Positions 16,703-28,353 of a stretch of DNA of 64,000 nucleotides are shown one piece after another. The stretch lies in contig OX597821.1 of assembly GCA_951406725.2 (NCBI GenBank), positions 108,872,001 through 108,936,000 on the forward strand, read 5' to 3'. Position 1 is the stretch's first letter; each line of letters starts with the position of its first letter. Position numbers and translations under genes: made by a program. The stretch comes from Octopus vulgaris (Eukaryota). The notes under the pieces are model-generated. The model had not been told where the DNA came from and made no database searches. It worked only from the letters and a program-made list of their open reading frames with translations.

Positions 16703-16792
<90 letters not shown>

Positions 16793-16815
16793 GTTATTAT
16801 CATCATCATCATCAT

Positions 16816-16855
<40 letters not shown>

Positions 16856-17075
16856 ACATCATCATCATCATCATCATCATCATCATTGTCTTTGCACAGC
16901 GTGAAATACTGGAGATGTACTATGGTTATTAGCTGTTCATTGATCTTAAGTGACTAGAAGTGTTATCATGTAGATTGTTTTGTATTGCTATAAAAGATGA
17001 GCTGCAGCAAATATTCTGTTCAATACCACAGATTAGCTTGTCAGTTGTATGACCTTAATCAGTTGAACATGTCCC

Positions 17076-18300
17076 AGCACCTTCCGGAGTATTCGAGCAG
17101 TTCCAAGCAGTGCTGTTTTCTGCAAGTGCTCCACCCTTATTGCAGCCGTTATTTGTTCCATGTACTTCTAGAGATTTTTACTCACTGTTCCCAGGGTTCC
17201 GACAAGTATTGGTACTACTACCACCTTTTTTCATCGACCACAACTGCTTTACCTTCCAAGCTAACCTGTCATACCTATTGACTTTTCTTTCTTCCTTATT
17301 TTATCATCATTTTTATTATTATGATTATTGAGTGAGGGAGTTGTACATGCCATCAAAGTGATACTGGGGTACATATATACGAAGCCCAATGTACCCATCG
17401 TGACTACACGTCTGATATGGGTACACAAGGCACATGCATCATAACCATATATGAGTGACATGGTGATCAATTATCAAGATAAGCAGCCCATGACCTTGCA
17501 CGTGGGCCTCAATTAGAATTTTCTTCAGGTCGAGTTGCACATCTCACTCTAAACGCTTCGGTCTCTCATTTTAGATTTCCACCTGTCAGCTAGAGTCAGT
17601 ACTCTTAACTTCCGACATTGTTTGTTGGATGCATGAATTTGCCGTCTATTTCAATTTCTTTTCATCTGCTTGCTCTGGTGGTCGTCTTTCCCTTCATCAA
17701 TTCTCCCAGTTTCAGTAAATTTTGGGGGAGAATCTCTAGCTACCGAAAGTATTCTTTCTTCATTCTGCACAACAATTTTTCAAACCCATTATGACGGTGC
17801 TGATGGTGTCTTTTGCTTGTAGTAATTCTCAGCCTCCTTTTCTTGGTAAAGACAGTCGGTCGGAATTGCTTGTAATGTGAACGCGTTGTACATTCTGAGC
17901 ATATTTCTAGTTCTTCTCTCCAAGTTCTACAGCTCAAGTCTTTTTTCCATTTCAAAAAGAGAGTAGCATATCTCAGTACTAGTATAGCCTTTGTATTTTT
18001 GGCTTTAATGATATTCCCTTCATTTAATTTTGTTTCGAGCACCTCCCTAAAACCCCTCTTGAACTCTTTATTAACATTATCTTTCATTTCCCTTTCTGTT
18101 ATCCTATCTTTTTGCAACATCACCAAGAATTTTTATTCCTTATTATTCCACAGCAATCTAACGATGTTGTGGTAATTCAATGTTATCACAATTTATCATC
18201 CGGCCTCTCTTCATGCTTGGCACTGCGCACTTATTTACTACAGACAAGTATCCAGCATCTTTGCTGAATATTCTTGCTGTCTGGATAAGAGAGCCTAGGA
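17076..18300 (-). pseudogene. Fragments of an older R4/Dong-like LINE (RT C-terminal and RLE tail), interrupted
   Basis: TKLNEGNIIKA..LVLRY in ORF 17740-18126. LQKTALLGTARILRKVL reads on the minus strand near 17076-17130. Confidence 0.55.
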
Positions 18301-18432
18301 CTTTCTCAGTTTTTCCGGTTCAGTTCCATAACATAGCACCTTGGGCAAGAGTCTTCTACTATATATGGACTCGACCCGACTAAAGCCTTGTGTGTAAAAT
18401 TAACAAATGGAAACTGGCAGAAATCCATCATG

Positions 18433-18501
<69 letters not shown>

Positions 18502-19032
18502 ACGTGTGTGTGTGTGCGTCTTTATGCCCGATTTCGAACCCCATTAACACTTGACAACTAGTGTTTACGGCCCCGTAACTTAGCAGTTCGGCAAAATTCA
18601 ACGTATAGAATAAGTACTAAGCGGAAATGGAAACAAAAGTACTGGTATTCATTCGACTAAAATTTCTTCGAAGTGATGCCCCAGCATGGCCGCGGTCTAA
18701 TAAATGAAACAAGCAAAAGACAAATGATAAAAGGTAAAGGACTACAATAACTTATTTTTCATTCTTTTACTTGCTACCGTCATTAGATTGCGGCCATGCT
18801 GGAGCACCAACTTGAAGAGTTTTTGGTCGAATGGTAAAACTGGCAGTACCTTTTTTTAAGCGTTGTACTTATTCTATAGGGACCTCTGGCCGAACTGCTA
18901 AGTTACGTGGACCTAAATACACCAATACGGTTGTCAAGCGGTGGTGGAGACAAACAGATATAAAGACATACATACACACATAGACACACATACATCTACA
19001 GACATATACATACATACACGCACACATATATA

Positions 19033-19070
<38 letters not shown>

Positions 19071-19083
<13 letters not shown>

Positions 19084-19560
19084 TTAGAGACAAAACCACT
19101 ATTATGCAAATCAAACAAAGAAAGACTTAATCCAATTCATAAAAAATTTTATATAAATTAAATAAAATTAAATTAGCCACTACATAACTTAAAATTGAAT
19201 AGAAGATCTGAAAACCACCTGATGAATGTCCTTAGAAGAGACACGAAACAATTGTAGTGGCTAATTTAATTTTATTTAATTTATATAAAATTTTTTATGT
19301 ATTGGATTAAGTCTTTCTTTGTTTGATTTGCATAATAGTGGTTTTGTCTCTAATTAATATTATATAATATTTTACTATAAAATTTATTTAATTTATATAA
19401 AATTTTTTATGTATTGGTTTAAGTCTTTCTTTGTTTGATTTGCATAATAGTGGTTTTGTCTCTAATTAATATTATATAATATATTACTATAAAATTGGAT
19501 TCAATCCTAAATCTGATTTTTCCCTGTAAATTTGGATTTATTCCCTAATATTTATTATTA
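19071..19560 (+). mobile_element. Penelope-type fold-back terminal remnant (inverted arms 19071-19184 / 19253-19366, partial duplicate 19383-19480)
   Basis: ~114-bp near-perfect inverted repeat enclosing a hammerhead, inserted in the (TA)n tract of a SINE. Confidence 0.65.
19215..19260 (+). ncRNA. Minimal hammerhead ribozyme
   Basis: CCAC-CUGAUGA-aUGUC..GACAc-GAAAC-AAUU-GUA/GUGG, with palindromic stem III ACAAUUGU. Confidence 0.7.
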
Positions 19561-19614
19561 TATATATATGTATGTATGTATATATATATATACACTCAAA
19601 CACACATATATATG

Positions 19615-19708
<94 letters not shown>

Positions 19709-20198
19709 TACGTACATATATGTATATACATATACAACGGGCTTCTTTTAGTTACCGTCTACAAAATCCTCTCACAAGGCTCTGGAAGGCCCAGGGCCAA
19801 AGTAGAAAAAGCTTGCTCAAAGGCAACGCAGAAGGACTGAATCCGGAACCACATGGCTCTTAACACACATCCATATCTGTGCGTACATCATGTGCTCAAC
19901 TGATACATCTTCCTCGTTACACATCTTGCACTATGTACTAGCCGCGGTTATGTCTATCCCTGACCTAAATGACTGACTTTCAGCCGCCATGAATTAGGTT
20001 CTGTCTTTCCATCTTGTTCCTCATTTTAGGTGGCTGCTGGGAGTTTTTTTATATTAGAAAACTTCCGGTTTGTAACCTACACATACAGGTAATATCTTGT
20101 TTACGTATAGGTTATGTAAAGATATATAATAGAGGCGAGATGGTGCTGAAATGTTCTTGGTTTTTAGGGTGTCAGAATCTCTTCCTATGTTTGTGTGA

Positions 20199-20237
<39 letters not shown>

Positions 20238-20240
20238 TGT

Positions 20241-20690
20241 ATACAAGGGGGTGCTGAAAAGATCTGGCTGGAGGCTCAACCTTCCGAGTTCTTTTATAAG
20301 GCTTTAGAAAAACTGAAGGACCACTGCAATAAGTGTATGAATCTGAGAGAGAAATATATTCAATAAAATCATAATTAACTGATCCTCCTGTATTTTCTTT
20401 TGCCCAAAGCCAGGAACATTTTTCTTCTAATTCCACACACACACACTCACACATACACACACACATTTATACCAAGGGGTGCTGAAAAGTTCCTGGCCAT
20501 ATGGGTGTGCCGTAAGTTCTGGTTGGAGGCCTAAATTTCCGAGTTCTTTCCCAGGGCTTAGAAAAACTGAAGGGCTGCTGCAATAGGTGTTAGAACCTGA
20601 GAGGTGAATATGTTGAATAAAATCCTAATTAACTGATACTCCTATATTTTCTTTTACCCAAAACCACGAACATTTCAACACCCCTTCATA
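20241..20690 (+). mobile_element. Two mariner-type MITE copies in tandem (20241-20425, 20470-20690)
   Basis: Both begin ta(c)caagggggtgctgaaaag. The second ends acatttcaacaccccttcata, a degenerate TIR. Confidence 0.55.
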
Positions 20691-20852
20691 TATACAGACA
20701 TACACATATATGCGCACAAATACTTACATACACTAAAACACACACACACACACGTACACACGCACATGCGTACATACATAGATACATACATATATGCATA
20801 CATATATATTACAATTAATAAGAGGAATGACCACTAAAGTGGATTCCTATAC

Positions 20853-21267
20853 GCTAGAAATAGACGTCGAATCACCTTACCACAAAGAGTGTGTTCTCAA
20901 GAAAACAAAACCAGTAAACGCCAAAATGTAAAAAATAAGCAAAGCAAATGAAAATTTACAAAATAAAATGATAACATACGTATCATGATTTCCTTATTAC
21001 ATGAATTTTCTTTCGGGTGAACGTCTCTGTGTATAGTTCTGGGAAAAATGTTTTGAAATACGACAGGCTACGCTGAGGATTTAGAGATACTTGCATCTTG
21101 CATATTGCATTTTTCAAGTATTAATAATGAAATCATGATACGTCGGTAATCGTTTTGTTTTGTAAATTTTCATTTACCTTGCTTATTTTTTACATTTTGG
21201 CGTTTGCTAACATTTTTTCTTGGGAACACACACTTTGCGGTAAGACGATTTGACGTTTATCTTTAGC
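20853..21267 (+). mobile_element. Penelope-type fold-back remnant with a degenerate hammerhead (21070-21143)
   Basis: Diverged inverted arms ~20853-20998 / 21123-21267. Motif reads ACG-CUGAGGA-..AUACUUG..CAAGUAU..-GAAA-UCAUGA-UA/CGU. Confidence 0.55.
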
Positions 21268-21459
21268 ATATATGAATATATATATATAACATAAGGGGGA
21301 TCAGCCATCTGAATGTGGCTAGGGACAGGGCGGGGTAGTGGGGGTGTTACTGATGCATTTAGCCCCAGGCGATCGTCGACGTCACCAGAAGGGCTGACAC
21401 CATCTCGGTGTCCTTGCCAGCCTGCAAAGGAGATCAGCCTCCCGAAGATACGGATACTA

Positions 21460-21502
21460 CATACGGACCGGTTTCGAGGTTATTGCCTCTTGTCAACGCA
21501 TG
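21460..21502 (-). ncRNA. Type I hammerhead ribozyme (unit 1), U3-A8 core variant
   Basis: Minus strand reads CAUGCG-UUGACAA-GAGG(CAAUAA)CCUC-GAAAC-CG-GUC/CGUAUG. Stem I has 6 bp, stem II 4 bp, and stem III is the palindrome ACCGGU. Confidence 0.85.
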
Positions 21503-21817
21503 GCAAGTACCGTTCTTCGTTGAGGGACTCCCTCTACAGGCTGGATATATAGATTTTCACAGTAACCACAGTCACTGGCGTAGAAAATCCGTTCGAAAAC
21601 AATAATAAATCTCTGAGCGAGATATAAACAGTAACTGCTCTATAACATAAGGGGGATCAGCCATCTGAATGTGGCTAGGGACAGGGCGGGGTAGTGGGGG
21701 TGTTACTGATGCATTTAGCCCCAGGCGATCGTCGACGTCACCAGAAGGGCTGACACCATCTCGGTAGTCTTGCCAGCCTGCAAAGGGAGATCAGCCTCCC
21801 CGAAGATACGGATACTA

Positions 21818-21860
21818 CATACGGACCGGTTTCGAGGTTATTGCCTCTTGTCAACGCATG
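21818..21860 (-). ncRNA. Type I hammerhead ribozyme (unit 2)
   Basis: Motif identical to unit 1. Confidence 0.85.
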
Positions 21861-22177
21861 GCAAGTACCGTTCTTCGTTGAGGGATTCCCTCTACAGGCT
21901 GGATATATAGGGATTTTCACAGTAACCACAGTCACTGGCGTAGAAAATCCGTTCGAAAACAATAATAAATCTCTGAGCGAGATATAAACAGTAACTGCTC
22001 TATAACATAAGGGGGATCAGCCATCTGAATGTGGCTAGGGACAGGGCGGGGTAGTGGGGGTGTTACTGATGCATTTAGCCCCAGGCGATCGTCGACGTCA
22101 CCAGAAGGGCTGACACCATCTCGGTGTCCTTGCCAGCCTGCAAAGGGAGATCAGCCTCTCCGAAGATACGGATACTA

Positions 22178-22220
22178 CATACGGACCGGTTTCGAGGTTA
22201 TTGCCTCTTGTCAACGCATG
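22178..22220 (-). ncRNA. Type I hammerhead ribozyme (unit 3)
   Basis: Motif identical to unit 1. Confidence 0.85.
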
Positions 22221-22746
22221 GCAAGTACCGTTCTTCGTTGAGGGACTCCTCTACAGGCTGGATATATAGGGATTTTCACAGTAACCACAGTCACTGGCGT
22301 AGAAAATCCGTTCGAAAACAATAATAAATCTCTGAGCGAGATATAAACAGTAACTGCTCTATAACATAAGGGGGATCAGCCATCTGAATGTGGCTAGGGA
22401 CAGGGCGGGGTAGTGGGGGTGTTACTGATGCATTTAGCCCCAGGCGATCGTCGACGTCACCAGAAGGGCTGACACCATCTCGGTGTCCTTGCCAGCCTGC
22501 AAAGGGAGATCAGCCTCCCCGAAGATACGGATACTACATACGGACGCCCCCACTACCCCGCCCTGTCCCTAGCCACATTCAGATGGCTGATCCCCCTTAT
22601 GTTATAGAGCAGTTACTGTTTATATCTCGCTCAGAGATTTATTATTGTTTTCGAACGGATTTTCTACGCCAGTGACTGTGGTTACTGTGAAAATCCCTAT
22701 ATATCCAGCCTGTAGAGGGAGTCCCTCAACGAAGAACGGTACTTGC

Positions 22747-22789
22747 CATGCGTTGACAAGAGGCAATAACCTCGAAACCGGTCCGTATG
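22747..22789 (+). ncRNA. Type I hammerhead ribozyme (inverted arm); predicted cleavage after 22783
   Basis: catgcg ttgacaa gagg caataa cctc gaaac cg gtc cgtatg read directly on +. Stem I extends through cgaaga/tcttcg and ccagcctgtagagggag/ctccctttgcaggctgg. Confidence 0.85.
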
Positions 22790-23016
22790 TAGTATCCGTA
22801 TCTTCGGAGAGGCTGATCTCCCTTTGCAGGCTGGCAAGGACACCGAGATGGTGTCAGCCCTCTGGTGACGTCGACGATCGCCTGGGGCTAAATGCATCAG
22901 TAACACCCCCACTACCCCGCCCTGTCCCTAGCCACATTCAGATGGCTGATCCCCCTTATGTTATAGAGCAGTTACTGTTTATATCTCGCTCAGAGATTTA
23001 TTATTGAATATATATA

Positions 23017-23080
<64 letters not shown>

Positions 23081-23418
23081 AACGTATGTTTGTATATATG
23101 TGTGTGTGTATGTATGTATGTATGTATGTATGTATGTATGTATGTATGTAGCACGTCTGTTTCGGTACTGTTTGCTGGATAAATACGCATTATTTTTAGC
23201 GCCCTCACTGAAGAAGTACGGATGGCAAATTAATTTATTTTGCACATTGATACAGAAACTCGAGTTTGAAGGTAACTACAAAACTATTTTTCACTTTCAT
23301 TCCCTTCAAATTGTACTTATTCATGGTTTTGGCTTTAACTGATCTTTCTAGCATGTAAGGTGTCCTGTCAAAGGTCACCTCTTCAGTGTATAAATACGTT
23401 AATTGTTTATACACTATA

Positions 23419-23467
<49 letters not shown>

Positions 23468-23538
23468 TAGTTAGATAGATAGATACACACATATAGATAG
23501 ATAGATACACACATACACATATTAGCATAAACGTACAC

Positions 23539-23572
<34 letters not shown>

Positions 23573-23769
23573 GTGCAAACGCAACTGTGAGTGTGTTTCG
23601 AGTGTGTTGTGTACCTGCGCATCCACGCACATATATACATCATATGTCCACACGCGTACACATGAAATCTTCCTCGCAGACATAGACACCGTCTTAAAAC
23701 TGTCTGATTCTGGATTCTTCAATCATTTGTTTTCGAATTGGTTCAATTTATTAATTCATTTTCCTTCTT

Positions 23770-23832
23770 TCATTCTTCTTCTACTTCTTCTTCTTCTTCT
23801 TCTCCTTTTTCGTCGTCTTCCTCATCCTCTTC

Positions 23833-23864
<32 letters not shown>

Positions 23865-23956
23865 CTTCTTCTTCTTCTTCTTCTTCTTCTTCTTCTTCTT
23901 CTTCTTCTTCTTCTTCTTCTTCTTCCTGCATCCTCTTCTCAGCATCATCAACACCA

Positions 23957-23993
<37 letters not shown>

Positions 23994-24033
23994 AATCATC
24001 AACACCACCACCACCACCACCACTACCAACACC

Positions 24034-24067
<34 letters not shown>

Positions 24068-24118
24068 TCATCAACACCGTTATCATCATCAACACTGTCG
24101 TCATCATCATCATCATCA

Positions 24119-24159
<41 letters not shown>

Positions 24160-24355
24160 CCATCAACATCATCAACATCGACATCATCAACATCATCATA
24201 ATCACCATCATCATCATCGTTATTATTTGTGTTGTTGTTATTGTTATTGTCGTACGTATTATTATTGGTGATGCTGTTGTTGTTGCTGATCTTATTCATC
24301 TTCTTGTTGTCGTTGTTGTTGTTGTTGTTCTTCTTCTTATTATTATTATTATTAT

Positions 24356-24444
<89 letters not shown>

Positions 24445-24445
24445 A
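23770..24445. repeat. Compound trinucleotide microsatellite block (TTC/CAC/CAT/GTT/TAG)
   Basis: Direct reading. Confidence 0.95.
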
Positions 24446-24963
24446 CGTCATGGCAGCAGAGTTGAGGATGCACCGTAATACTGTGCACTGTGTCTTTTTG
24501 CACAGATTATCCATCCACCCACCACCACCTACTTCCATCTTCGCATTATCATTTCGCCATCGGTCTTTCACCTGTTCTTAATTATGAACAATCACCGAGC
24601 ATTCAACAACAACACCAACAACAACAACACCAACAACATTATCAATAACAACAGAAAATACAGTATAGAGTAAAAATCAAAAAGAGCAACAACGATGACA
24701 ACAGTGACAACGACAGCAACAACAACAATAAGGTAAAAAGAACCGTGATAATAATTCCTTCTATTCTAGGTACAAGGCCTGAAATTTTGGGGGAAGGAGG
24801 TGGTAAATCGAGGAGGAGGAGGAGGAGGTAAATAACTGGTACTTAATTTATCGACCCCGAAATGATGAAAGGCAAAGTCGACCCCGGCGGAATTCGAACT
24901 CAGAACGTAGCGCGGCAGATGAAAGCATTTCGTCCTGCGTGCTAACGTTTCTGCTAGCTCGCC

Positions 24964-24999
<36 letters not shown>

Positions 25000-25052
25000 G
25001 AAGAAGAAGAAGAAGAAGAAGAAGAAGAAGAAGAAGAAGAAGAAGAAGCTGG

Positions 25053-25092
<40 letters not shown>

Positions 25093-26963
25093 GAAGAAGA
25101 AGAAGAAGAAGAAGAAGAAGAAGAAGAAGAAGAAGAAGAAGAAGAAGAAGAAGAAGAAGAAGAAGAAGAAGAAGAAGAAGAAGAAGAAGAAGAAGAAGAA
25201 TGATAATAATTATCCTTTCTTCTAAAGGCGAAGGGCCTAAAATTTTGAGGGAGGAATCTAATAATGGTTTCAAATTTTTGAACAAGGCCTGAATTTTTGA
25301 GGTAGGGGATAAGTTAGTTAAATGGACCCCAGTGCTTCATTGGTTTTTATTATAGCAACCCCGAAGGGATGAATGGTAAAAGTTTGAATGTGTGAGTGCG
25401 TGCGCGTGCGTGTGTTTGTGTGTGCGCCTGCGTGCGTGCGCATGAACTTGTGCGTGTATCTGTGTGTGTACGTGTGTGTATGTACCTGTGTGTGTGTGAG
25501 TGCGCGCGCATGTACGCGTGGTCACATGTGTGTGCGTGTGTTTGTATATGTGTGTGTGTGCGTGTGTGTGTATGTGTATGTGTGCGCGTGTGTGTGTGAG
25601 TGTGCAGGCGGGCACGTGTGCGGTATTAATATTGCGGGATTTGTTGTTGCTCATTACTAGCATTAGTATAGGTCCATGCGCAGTGATGCGTGCTGCTACC
25701 TCCACCATTTGTTGATGACCTCCTCCTATTCCTCATGGATAAACATTTTGTACCACTCAAGTGACAATTCTCCAAACCATGGATCTGTTTGGGTAGTCGC
25801 TCCTGGTGAGGGTTTCGTGGGGCCGGAGTGTCAGCATCTTTTTGTTGCCTTTTACGAAACGCAGAGGAAACTTTTGGTATGTCCTTCAGTGTACTTATTC
25901 CTACGCAACCCAGGAGCAACGCGAAGTGAAGTGTTTTGCTTCAGACCTCAACACACCGGGAAGCGAACCCACGGTATGGCGATTGCAAGTGCAGGGCGTT
26001 AACAACTAAGTCATGCACCGTGTATTCCTAGCTCAGGCGGAAAACATAAAGGACGAAATTATTCCAACCAAAATCAGCGCGTTATTTTGTTATAGAAGCA
26101 TTTTAACAACGATCATATCATCTCCAAACTTTGACACAAAGCCTACAGTTTTGGAGACTGGCGTAAATCGATTACATCGACACCAACGCCCAATTGGTAT
26201 TTCTTTTATCGACACCGAAAGGATGAAAGGCAAAGTTGACCTCGGCGGAGTTTGAACTCCAAACATAAAGACGGACGAATTACCTATTTCTTTACTACCC
26301 ACAAGGGGCTAAACACACAGAGGACAAACAAGGAACAGACATAGGTATTAAGTCGATTACATCGACCCCGGTGTGCGTAACTGGTACTTAATTTATCGAC
26401 CCCGAAAGGATGAAAGGCAAAGTCGACCTCGGCGGAGTTTGAACTCAGAACGTAACGACAGACTAAATACGGCTACGCATTTCGCCCGGCGTGCTAACGT
26501 TTCTGCCAGCTCGCCGAAGTACCTCTAACCATTTTGCTTGGCGTGCTAACGATTCAGCCAGTATGTCGTTTTGTGTAATAACGATCATATTACCAAACAT
26601 GCATGTTCCATAATTTAAGACGGTAGGACGTATTTTAAGGGCGTGTTCGCTTATATTCCTTGCTGTGGAAGCAGCACATACAGGCACCTATGGGGGTGCT
26701 ATTGCGTAATTACGGGTGGGTATGGCTGTAAAGATGTAGATGTGTGCATACAAATATGCCCCAAAAATATATTCAGGGTATATTCATAGTTAATCTAATT
26801 AATCTAATTAATAACTGAATCCGTCATTAAGTGCAAATACACATTAAATTTTATGTGAGGACGTGTGCGTGTGAGTGTGTGTGTGATGATGTTTCTTGGA
26901 TAGAACTATTTTTCGTAATTATAATTACACGTAGATACAAGTATGCGTGTATAAATACACACA

Positions 26964-26998
<35 letters not shown>

Positions 26999-27080
26999 AT
27001 ACATGTATGCATCTGGCTATGGTCTCTCAATCCACCTATCAAATAATATATATATATACATATATATGTATACATACATA

Positions 27081-27181
<101 letters not shown>

Positions 27182-27263
27182 GTGAAACGAGGTGGAAAAA
27201 ACCGCCACTACAGTACTCAAATACCAGAGGTAGAGTGATATCACGTTTAATTATATATAAAGT

Positions 27264-27436
27264 AAGCAGCAGAAATATAACAAAAGCTGTTACTCAAATA
27301 CCAGTGGTAGAGTTATGCACGTTAACAAAAGCCGTTCGTGGGACAGTTTTCGTTAATTTTCTATTTTAACAAAAACTGTCCGACGAACGGGAACGTGAAA
27401 CTCTGAGTAGCAGCTTTTGTTATATTTCTGCTGCTT
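27264..27436 (+). mobile_element. Penelope-type fold-back remnant with a hammerhead-like motif (27376-27413)
   Basis: Arms aagcagcagaaatataacaaaagctgttactca and its reverse complement. Motif reads CUGU-CCGACGA-ACG(GGAA)CGU-GAAACUCUGAGUA/GCAG. Confidence 0.5.
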
Positions 27437-27450
27437 TTAAATAAAGTGTG

Positions 27451-27483
<33 letters not shown>

Positions 27484-27743
27484 GTATGTATGAGGACAAT
27501 AGAACAAGGTAGGATATGCAAAAAAATATTTTTATCATGAAGAAAATTTTAGTACCGGTTTCAGACTTTTCGACTTTTTCAACTTAGACTAAAGCATGAA
27601 AACAAATAAATTGTGCAAAAGTTAAATGAAATGTTTTTAAATATATTTCCATAATTTTCAAATACATGGGACATTTTCTTTTTTTCTCCCTCTCTCTTTC
27701 TTTTACTTTTATACACGCACATACACACACGTACATACATACA

Positions 27744-27841
<98 letters not shown>

Positions 27842-28131
27842 TTGGTGCAATCAAGAAAACTAGGACTCATTTTATGAGTATATGCATATTTCTGTTAACA
27901 TTCAGTACAAGTAGCACAGTGACTCAAGGTCCGAGATTTTCGTTCGTTAGCAGTATATCTACATATTCGCTGACGTATATATATATATATAGTATTGTGC
28001 GCATGTGTTTGTGTGTTTTTGTGTGTATGCTTATGTATATCGCTTCCCCGTCTGCGCGTGTTTTTGTGTGTGATTTTGCTCATGTGTGTGTGTGTGTTCA
28101 TTTGTAGATGGATAAATAGACAGATAGATAC

Positions 28132-28164
<33 letters not shown>

Positions 28165-28268
28165 GACAGATAGATAGACAGATAGGTTGACAGACAGACA
28201 GACAAATAGATAGATAAGGAAACAGGTAGATAGTTAAATAGATAACTATTTAGATAGATAGATAGATT

Positions 28269-28353
<85 letters not shown>

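Larger units (their letters stand above)
21285..23006 (-). mobile_element. Non-LTR retrozyme-like tandem array: ~3.5 direct units of ~359 bp plus a 461-bp inverted arm, with a hammerhead ribozyme in each complete unit and in the inverted arm
   Basis: Units start at 21285, 21641, 22001 and 22360 and are near-identical. The inverted arm spans 22546-23006. There is no conserved ORF. Flanks share tgaatatatatatat (21273-21287 / 23005-23019), which is TSD-like but low complexity. Confidence 0.85.

Noticed and set aside
21285-23006. CRISPR array, rDNA/5S or snRNA cluster interpretation
   Set aside because: No unique spacers, and no recognisable 5S, tRNA or snRNA sequence in the unit.
21313-23007. 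ORFs MWLGTGRGSGG... / MFSNGFSTPV... in the tandem array
   Set aside because: Frames differ between near-identical units through indels and show no domain. The sequence is better explained by RNA structure.
25676-26002. Non-repetitive ORF with a possible gtatgt donor at ~25876
   Set aside because: No recognisable homology or clear acceptor, and the 3' part runs into a SINE remnant.
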